DNA from: Paragordius varius
Taxonomy: Eukaryota > Animalia > Nematomorpha
Reading direction: 5' to 3'
Assembly (NCBI GenBank): GCA_964247055.1
Contig: OZ176056.1
Coordinates: forward strand, 4,836,001-4,900,000
Length of the DNA: 64,000 bases
Shown here: piece after piece, positions 54,420 to 64,000 of the stretch
Layout: each line of letters opens with the position of its first letter
Position numbering within the stretch: position 1 is the first letter of the stretch
Notes under the pieces: model-generated
Databases searched by the model: none
Told to the model about the DNA's origin: nothing
Seen by the model: only the letters and a program-made list of their open reading frames with translations
Position numbers and translations under genes: made by a program

Positions 54420-55419
54420 CACTAAAAACAAATTTTAACTTAACTGGCATTGTAAATTTTAAATTTATTTCATTAAAGTACATAAATAGTATACCTGAAA
54501 AGAAAATTAGTCTAAAACCTAAGCATTCTTTTGGCCCCGAAACATTAAACTCGAATTTTTTATAATTAAAAGTTTTAGATATAAGCCATGCGTTTTATAT
54601 TATTCGAAAGAGCGCGAAAAACTGTATCTTTCGAAAGGTAGTTATCATTTAAATGAATCTAACGTCAAAGGTATTGGGTTTATATAATCAAAACTTTCAA
54701 CCCTTAAATAAATCAAAATTTTTCACAAACAAACTAATTTAAAAATCATATAAATTATTTTAACATAATTATTAGGGTTATATTAGGAAAAAATTAAAAA
54801 ATCTTTCAAGCTTTAGGTTTGCTTTTTTGATAAAAATTATCATCATAATTATTTTTAGTGGATACTAGAATGCATATTGTAACTGTAAAGTTATTACATA
54901 ATGGCTATAAAATATCACTTTAAACTTTGTTTTTAGTCTATGAAATTTTGAAATTATAAGCCTTATAAAGATAATTAATTAAAGTTGATGGGGTGGTAAT
55001 TTTTTAACAAACAAAAAACATTTAAAACTGCTGTTTTAATGACATATAAGCAATAAGTTTTTATCAAAAAAAATTCTTGTTATCTATTTTGGACATTTAT
55101 TGCGACCCAGACAAAGTTTGAGCTATTTTCATCCATTAGTTTGAAAAATATATTAATTAAGGAAAACGCTGTCGCTTCGCGCGTTTGTCGCTTCCTATGT
55201 CCAATATTAACTATCAATGTAATACATATTAGTAAGCATTTTATAAAGTTTTTATTTTCAACAATTTTTTTAAAAAAAATTTTGAAGAGAGCGCATAATC
55301 TAAAAATCAAACAAAATTCTTAGGTGGAATTATAGTTTTCATTTCAGATTTACTGTTAAATGATTGTAAATATTAGAAGATGCAAAAAACTCGAGTGGCA
55401 GAAAATTTGTTGTCTAGTG
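54420..55419. mobile_element. F2: inverted copy of CACTA-type element F with TAA TSD
   Basis: TAA|CACTAAAAACAAATTTT ... AAATTTGTTGTCTAGTG|TAA. Confidence 0.85.
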
Positions 55420-55837
55420 TAATGTAATCCAACAAATTGTATTGCAAAATCTCGGCTTTTCTGCCTTTATTTCAATAAAACTAGCCTATTTTGAAGGAAC
55501 CAAATTTAAAAATTAAGAGCCCACATCTTAAAATTAAAATTTATTATAAATATTAATATATTTATTAAAGTTTAAATTAAAAATGGTAAAATTACTAGTG
55601 TCGCTTCCACAAATGAGTAATCCTTGTCAAGATAAAAATGAATCTAATTTGTTGTCATAATATTATTTATGTGAAAATAGCCTGTTACGATTTTGACTTC
55701 TTTCTTCAGGGCTTCTTAGTAATATATGCAATGAAAGGTGCAATAAAAGTATGTGATAAGCCAACTAAATAATAAAATATCGCTTTTTATATGAAGCCTA
55801 CAAATTATTTTTATTATTTGACAAGATAATTTATGAC

Positions 55838-56138
55838 ACGGGTGGTTAAGACAAATAGGTTTAGCCGCATTTTTGACTCAAAAATTAGGCCCGCATTCGA
55901 TAAATATTTAGTATAAATATTTTTTAAATTTTAAACATCAGACTATAAAATTGGGACAATTTACTTCACTAATTTTTGGTAGTTCGTTGGCAAAATTAAT
56001 TTAAAAATATAAGATGAAAAGAATATATTTTTCAAAATTATGGAACTTTGCATTTATTTATAATTCCAAATCTTCCGCGATCTGTACACAATATCTAAGG
56101 GGCCGTATGCGTCCCGGGGCCACGTGTTGGACACCTCT
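55838..56138. mobile_element. Decayed hAT-type MITE
   Basis: The right end GGGGCCGTATGCGTCCCGGGGCCACGTGTTGGACACCTCT is of the same type as 18612-18892. Confidence 0.45.
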
Positions 56139-56586
56139 AATCTAGCATTTACACAAAACTTTTATCGCTCCTTCCAGAATTGTTATAATTTTAAGATAAA
56201 TAGCGGATAGAGGAAAATATTTGATATTGGAGCCACGTGCAAAATTATAAATTTAATAAAAATATTGTGTGGCCTTTATATATTTTATAAAAAAAGTTAA
56301 TTATATTTTTGGAATGGGGATATTGTTTTTCATAAAAAAAAAATTATTTAGCAAAATTGGCTTACGTTTGCCCTTTTCTTATATGGAGCAGTTAATACAG
56401 TGATTAAAACCTTAATCACGTAATGCTTTTTTGCAAATACACATAAAACATCAGAATAATTTTTCATATCCCCCGATTTTGTGCATTGTTAAAAATAAAA
56501 TATATCAGTTTTGTTTCAACAAATTAGTACACAAACTCCTCAACTTTTTATGTTATCAAATGATTAACCCGTTAGGTACCTATAGT

Positions 56587-56833
56587 TGTGTAAAAAGTAA
56601 CAAAAGTAAAAATTAAAAAGTAAAAAGTAAAAAGTAATTTATTAATTATTAATTGACTTTATGTATATTTTTGTGTGAAATTAATTCATGATATCAAATA
56701 AAACAAATAAATTTTGAGTAACTAATGGATATGTTATTGATATAATAAAAAAATATAAAAATATAGACTATGCAAACATCACTAAAATTGTATCTACATA
56801 CAAAAAATATAACTATAATTTGCTTATGTAACA
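56587..56833 (-). repeat. 3' LTR
   Basis: TGTGTAAAAAGTAAC...TATGTAACA; matches 60718-60947 with many substitutions. Confidence 0.85.
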
Positions 56834-59800
56834 TCACTACACCCTTAGGAGAACCGGATCAGCTTCCGCCACATTCTCTCAGAGTACCGACGCTCGATCG
56901 GAATTTCAATAATGTTGTCATTATTACTATTATATTATCATTACTAATTTCATCATTATTATCATTTATTTTATCATTATTAGTATTATTATTATCAATA
57001 CTGGTACCATTATTTTACTGTTATTGTCGCTACTACCATTCCTATTGTTTTGAGTAACCGGTGTAGTTGAGTTGGCGGGTGAGCCTACGTGTTTCATCTG
57101 ATCCGCATGCTTTCTGACTATCTTATTGTTTTCCTGATCCCATACGCTGAAGACCGGTTCTATCGACGACATCGCCTGCTCGCCATCCAGGACCATGTTG
57201 TTTTTAATCATTATCCGTTGGTCTATGGAGAACTCACGACGCGGACTGGGTGCGTTTAAGGTTTTTATTATCGTGTTTATCCAGGTCAATGGTGTTTAGG
57301 ATTCTCGTTTAAAGAGCAGTGAAAGTTTCTTTCGTGGTAGCGTGGATTGAGTTACGGTGACCATAAGGCAGTATTAAAAGCTTCCTGTGGGATAATATTA
57401 TAATTTGTGATTTTTTATCTTTGCCCTTTAGGGTCCCCACTTACCTTTTTACCATCCCATTACTTACTTTTAGGATGATAGGGGTCACCCTCACGTGCTC
57501 AATTCTTAAATTCGTCGGGTTGACCTAAAATACGAAATACTAAAGTAATAAGCATTGTCACTTATTACTGTCCTTAGAAACCCAAACCTGGCAAAGGTTT
57601 CCTCGAGTTTGAGCAATATACTTCCTTAAGTAACTCGTTTTAATATAAACCTTTCCGACCTTTGATGCGCTGTCAATTAGCTACAACCAGATATACCCAT
57701 CAACTGGACCAGCTATATCAATGTGTAAGCGCTCCCATATTGCAGCATTCGGATCCCATTGGTAAGTGGGGTTTTCACATAAATTTGGCTTATTTACAGA
57801 CACGATCTACATTGGCTGTAGATTTTTATAAAATCATTTTCTAACTTTGGTCAAAAACATGTGAATTTTGCCATCGCTTTCATCGTTTCCACATTATTAT
57901 GACCTCTGTATAATTATCCACACTCGCCTGTAAGCTTTCCGGAATAATGATTCGATCGTTTAAACTTAACAATCCGTATTGATACGTTTCTCCTTTCCGG
58001 TAACCCAGTCAACTCAACATCACTCCAATCTTGATTATGAATAGCCTTGATTACCTTTTGCAAAATTCCTTAACTCTCTCTCTCTCTCTCGGGATCTCAT
58101 CTCGACTTAAAGAAACTTATGACAATTTAAAAACCTTAGATGTTTCGTTACCATGTAATCCATATCAATTGTGTCAACATCATCTTCCCCGGGGCATCTT
58201 GACAAGTATTCGGCTCTATTTTTTGGACCCGCCTGATAAATTAATTCAAAATCATAATCATTCACTCGGTAACCCACCTTAAAACTTTCGCATTCTAGAT
58301 TTCTTTCTAATTAAAATCCCTATTTATCAACCTAACCATTGCTAAGTGATCTGTCAAAATTTCAAACTTTCAACCATAGACGAAGTTAAGAAACTCTTCT
58401 AATGCAAAAACAATCTTTGATTCTCTTTCTATCGTAGAGTAAGTAGTTCAATTCTACGGTACTACATTTTCTTGAACAATAGGCAATAGGTTTCCTTTCA
58501 CCATTTACCACATGACTAAATATACATCCAAACCCTAAGTATGAGAAATCGGTTTCAATTACTAATTTTTCTATTCGGATTGTATGGTGTTAAAAATACT
58601 TGTTCACTTAATAATTCCTTCTTTTCAACTTTTCTCGTGTTTTTCCTCAGCTCCATCTGACGTTACTTGTTAAACTATGTAACTCACTTACAAATTTTTG
58701 GGTATATATCTTTCGTGGATCGTTAAGATCCTAAAAAACTTGTTAAAGATTTTTTATCCACAGGTTTTTATAAATCATTGATTACTTTTACTCTATTCTT
58801 GCAGGTTATACCTTTATTACTTATTTCAAACCCAGATAAATTATTGAAGCCAATTTTTATTTATCTTTCTAGATAAAATCTGCCAATTCTAACCGATTTA
58901 CATTATTAAGATCTATTAAATGTTCCTGTTCAGTTTTGCCATTTACTAAAACATCATCTAAATATCCACAAGTGCTGGGACAGTCTTTTATAACCTGTCC
59001 ATGACTCGTTTAAATATTATCGGGGCTGTTGACAATCCGAAAGGCATCCTTTGTAGCGGAAAAAATCCCTTGTGCGTTGCAATTTTTAAAAGGTGTTGTG
59101 ATTCTTTAGCTAGGGCATTTGTAGATAGGCATCTTTCAGATCAATCTTAGTGAAAGCTTGTCATTCGCCAATTTACTTACCAAATCATTAAACGTTGGAA
59201 GGATGTGAGAGTCTTCCGTCAGCCATTTGTTGATCGTAATTCTGAAGTCGCTACGAATTCTTACCTCTCAATTCGCTTTTAGTACTATGACGGTGGGCGT
59301 GGCCTATGTAAGAAGTTTGAGGTTGGGATCTATTGGTTCTAAAATGTCTAACTTTTGTAATCTTAGTAATTCAATCTCAACTTTTGCCCACTTTACGACA
59401 AGGCCAAACCTTGGGGGAGTCATTTGATACTATATAAATTTTTACCGGCTCACTAACAGCCTAATTCCTCTTTAGATTAAAATTTAAAATAATTTTATCA
59501 AGTTTAAAAAAGTTAATTCGTACTTTAATGTCGATGTTGAATATCGTGATCCAATCCAAGCCACAAATGAGAGGTGCCTTTGACATTTTTTATTTCAGAA
59601 CACAACTTTCTGCGTTCCCCAAGTTTTGCCCATTCATTCACTGTTGTTACGCCCAGTAGGGGTACTACACTAGGCTATTCCTGGCGGTATGGGTTTAATA
59701 TTTGGCTGACCAACTTGCTTCCATGTCTCAAAGTTGATTACACTAATATCGGCTCCTGTGTCATAGATAAATTCTCGTTCTGTATTGTTTATCATTTTTC

Positions 59801-60696
59801 TTACGGTCCATGGTGAGTTTGGCATTCCATTTCTATGTGGCGTTTGAACATACTCTTGGCAGCGTTTTTCAACACATTTTAGCGAAGTGGTTGGGTTATC
59901 CGCATTTATTGTAATTGCGGTTCCAGGCAGGACATTCGTTTGGTCCATGGCTACTCACGCAACGATTGCACGAATGTGTTAGGGGTTTTGCTGTTGGTTG
60001 TCGTGAACGCATGGCCTTATTATCATTATTATTATTGGTGTGTTGTAATCTATATAAATTATTACCATTGTTATAATTGGTATTATCATTATTGTTATGA
60101 AGTCCAGTCCTAGCATCCTCATGTGCTAGTGCGAGATCCACTATCGTTTCTAGAGGCACGGTTGTCCGTTGATCTCGGCATCGGGATGCCTTGAATGATC
60201 GATTTCCAATCGCGGTTGTCGTAAACCAATGAAGAGACCATCCCGAATAGGTTCCTCAGCAAAATCATTTAATTTGGCCTCTTCGGCTGCGGTCTTAACT
60301 GGTTCTAAAAATTGTAAAAGATTCAGCGTTGCTCCGCACAAGTCGAAATTCATATTTTAAAATTTTGATTTTTGGGGATTAAAAATCGCGCTGCCATTAT
60401 CTCGCTCCATGTTGCATCCTTTATTTTTTCGGATACAGTCGTTGATTTATTTTGCGTACAACCACCACCATAGGCGAGCAAAGTTTTGAGGGCTTGTTCT
60501 CTTACAGGGATATCTTGCGCTTCCATAACATTTGTCATATAATGAACGTATTCCTCAAACTTTATATTATCATTATCTTTCTCGATGCATAGGTTAGCGA
60601 GATTGGCAATCGGTGTTGTCATTTTCGTTCGGATCTCGGTGGAACCTGCACACACACTGTTATGTTAGATTAATTCGTAATTTGATTGGCCACCAA

Positions 60697-60947
60697 TGTA
60701 ATTGTAATGATAATACATGTGTAAAAAGTAACAAAAGTAAAAATAGTAAAAAGTAATTTATTAATTATTAATCGGCTTTATATTGTGTCAAATTAATTTG
60801 CATGATATCAAATAAAACAAATAAAATTTCGAGTAACTAAAGGATATGTTACATATTTAATATAAAAATATATAAATTTAGACTATACAAATATGACTAA
60901 AATTGTATCATATGTGCAAAATATAATTATAATTTGCATATGTAACA
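60697..60947 (-). repeat. 5' LTR, with a putative PBS (TGGTGGC) immediately inside
   Basis: Homology to the other LTR covers 60718-60947. On the minus strand ...ATTACA-T-TGGTGGCC at 60697-60688 suggests the true LTR end and the PBS. Confidence 0.75.
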
Positions 60948-63900
60948 GTACCTTAGATAAATATATAATCGTTAATAAAATTAATAGCAAATTACTGAAA
61001 TATATTAATTTAATTGTTAACATAAGATTTTAATATCAATAAATTAAGTTTTGGAATGTAATTTAATTAAAAAAAGCATGCAGGCAGTGTGCACAAAAAC
61101 TTCGAAATATTTATTGATAAATTAATGAATCAAGATTACATGGTGCCTTTATCCTAACTACGGGCTTAAGAAAATTTATACTTTTGTTATAAGTGCTCCA
61201 TATCAAAAGATGGCAAAATTTCCGCACAATTTTTGGTGAAACTAACTCTTTATTCCAAAAATATGACTAAAATATTCCATTAACTACATATAAAAATAAT
61301 ATTTTTTGATTTTAATTTTTATGATTTGGGATCCGAAAGTTCCAAAACTTGCCTCTTATCTAAAATGGAGTTTCCTTAAAATGAGATTACCGCGATAAAA
61401 TTAAATATGCTATAATTTAATATCTAAAAATATTCATAAATAATTCATATTTCTTAATAAACTTAATTTTTTACAAAATTTTGTTAAAGCGAACTTCATA
61501 CTATTTTGAGGCATGAAGGAAACAGTATAAAAACATTGTAAGATATTATAGCACTTTATTCGATGATGTTGAACATTTGATTAAAATAATCATTCGTTCT
61601 CAAAATATGTTAAATATAAATTGTTTTTTTTCAAATATTTACCAATAATTGAAAGCAAACGAACCTTTTTACAAAAATATCTGAAGGATATATTTAACAT
61701 TATACAATTATTTAAATAAGGTGTTTTTATAATATTTTAAAACCTTTTAGTTTCTATCGCAAAATAATATGAAGTGCGATTCAACAAAATTTTGCTAATT
61801 AAATTTTTTAAAGAAAATAAAAGAAAATATTTTTTAAAAGGTATTTTTAGTTAATATCAAAGTTTAGCATATATTTAAATTTTTACCACACAATGCCGGC
61901 ATTTTGCGTTTATTTTAGGAGGACATAGAGCAAAAAGATTTAGGACTTTCGAAGCCCGAATCTAAAAATTCAAATTTATAAAAATTATTCTGCTTTATTA
62001 GTAAAAAGAAGATTACAGTTGGGAAGAGGCTAAAAGGCTGTTTGTTTATTAAAGAAGACATGGCATAATCAATAAACCTAAAGTTTTTATAAAGAAAATG
62101 CTTTAGTGGGCTCATTTTAGGCACATTACCGCATAGTGTGATAATGTGTTAATATAATTTACAAAAATTTAGTATAAACAACGCTTTGCTCTTGAATGTA
62201 TTTTTAACCAGAAGAAACAGTCACCACATATTCAACGTCAATAAATTATCTCATTATAAAATACGTTTAATTCTCTATTAATATTATATGCTTTAGGACC
62301 GAACTTTTCCATAATACATCGAATACGAAAAACCCAAATTATATAACAATTTTACGCCAAAAATTACTCCATCTTCTTAAAATTGATATTTCCTGTATAG
62401 AACAATATTATTTTAGATATAATGAACTATCTTAAAATATATTCGAATAACTATAATCTTGTTATACTATTATTACACTGAAATATCAAATAACATAATT
62501 AATAAAATAGTCAAATTTCATAGACGAAGGGCTATAAAACTCGCATAATTGCTTAGAGTTCAAAAGCTATAAAATCAATTAGGTATTGTATTAATGAAAA
62601 ACACTAAAAAATAATTTGTCGTGCAATATTTATTTATATTTCATTTAAGGTATATTACCTGTCCAATGTTATTTTCACAAATTTTTCTTATTGTACACAT
62701 AACGTATAATTTTGGCTTTTTGGCAAAAATATCATTGAAAGCTAAAATTATCTCTCAAAAAACCTTAAAAAAACATTTAGTTATTAGATAAAGATGTATT
62801 TATTGCAATAAAATTTTTTTTGAAAAAAAGAATATAAAAAAGATAATAATATGCGCAGCGCATCTTTCATTAATTATTATTTATTGCTTTTTTTTAGTTT
62901 TTTGTGTTTCAACTCTTTTTGAATTCTAATTTTATTTATTTTATGATATGATATGTTATGATATATTTTAATTTTTGTTATGAAATTTATATTCAAATAA
63001 ATATAAAAAATTATAACATAAATATAAAAAATTTAAAGTTTGAAAATGTGCTTTTGCGCATACATGCTTACGTTCAAAATTTTATGACCATGCAGCAATT
63101 TAGATCTCAAAAGTAATAAATATATTTTTGTATATAAATTTAGCCATAAAGTACTTACTAAGTTTAAAGAAATGAAATGCGAATATAAAATATTGAATAT
63201 TAATTTTTTGCCTTTTAAATGCTGCAAAAAATCATAAAATTTTATTATATATTTTATTATATATTATTATTATTATTAATAATTTGTGTAAGCTTGTAGA
63301 TAAAATGATTAAATAAAATTTTGTGGTTTTCTCTGCAAAAATGTTAGGGTGTAAATTTACCTAAACAATCTTGTTATCAAGCTTATATTTGTTTTATAAA
63401 ATTTTTTAATTTAAACTAAATATAATATTGAAAATATAATGAAATGTAATTATTTGTAATTGGCCTCTCAATATAATTCCAATTCGCCATATACAGGTAT
63501 CAATTTATAGTATCATTTCAAATAATATATATCAAAACATATTTTTGGGGGATAAAGGGTTAAAATCAAAATAATTAAATTAAATACAAAATATACTACA
63601 TTAATTTATAATAAAATTTTGCTTCATAATTTATATATGTTAGGGTGTAATTAAAGTATCAATATGCGACATGTGACCAAACTCACTAATCAAATAAAAA
63701 CATGAATGACATTATGTGTTGAATATATTTTATTCAATCTCTTTTTAGGCCGTGAAAAAATTGATTATTTTCAAACATTATTTTATATCCCTCAAAATTA
63801 TAATGAAATGTTATGAGTGTCATATATGCCCCTCCTAAACCATTAGGGGTAAAAAGGTTCATTATAATAATAATATATATGTAAGTGGCTGACTCATTGC

Positions 63901-64000
63901 ATTAATTGATAAAATATATATTTGATCTAGAATCCAACAAATTTACAAAGGGTATTCTACTTGTGTAATCAATTTAGGAGATAATTTTTGTGTTATAAAT

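Larger units (their letters stand above)
56587..60947 (-). mobile_element. Decayed Ty3/gypsy LTR retrotransposon (Mag-like)
   Basis: gag zinc knuckle CNRCVSSHGPNECPAWNR..CG, protease YDTGADISVI, RT WATPTVIV..IRSDFR..KIDLKDAYLQ, RNase H IETD.S..GFG..PIAY.SR, and integrase VISDN..PYHPKSNG. A purine-rich PPT abuts 56834. Confidence 0.92.

Noticed and set aside
61915-62124. 69-aa minus-strand ORF in slightly GC-richer DNA
   Set aside because: No recognisable domain, an in-frame stop shortly upstream, and no supported splice partners; an orphan exon cannot be excluded.

Overview
Very AT-rich, intron-rich animal (metazoan) nuclear DNA. It is not prokaryotic and has no CRISPR array. Three host genes were reconstructed by hand with GT-AG introns in the standard code: the last exon of an SLC45-family sugar transporter (+, 540-812), a complete 17-exon mitochondrial HSP70/mortalin (HSPA9; -, 6642-14825, 688 aa) and a complete 8-exon L-lactate dehydrogenase (-, 31353-38800, 333 aa). 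Most of the rest is a dense stack of decayed and nested transposons. These are an IS630-Tc1-mariner DD34E family with long TIRs carrying 21-bp repeats (six copies, one with the transposase), five CACTA/G-ended elements with 3-bp TSDs, two transposase-bearing hAT elements with 8-bp TSDs, TTAA-flanked piggyBac-like MITEs, a NeSL/Utopia-like RLE non-LTR retroelement and a Ty3/gypsy LTR element. The best leads are: (1) a CACTA-type MITE whose interior resembles mitochondrial nad2; (2) a box C/D snoRNA candidate in the last HSPA9 intron with 12-nt complementarity to 18S rRNA; (3) a hAT element carrying an inverted remnant of its own transposase (a Mu-killer-like hairpin); (4) junction evidence that the DD34E family duplicates TATA rather than TA; (5) two different CACTA families inserted at adjacent trinucleotides of the same TIR motif. 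All family assignments are by-eye motif recognition; no searches were run.
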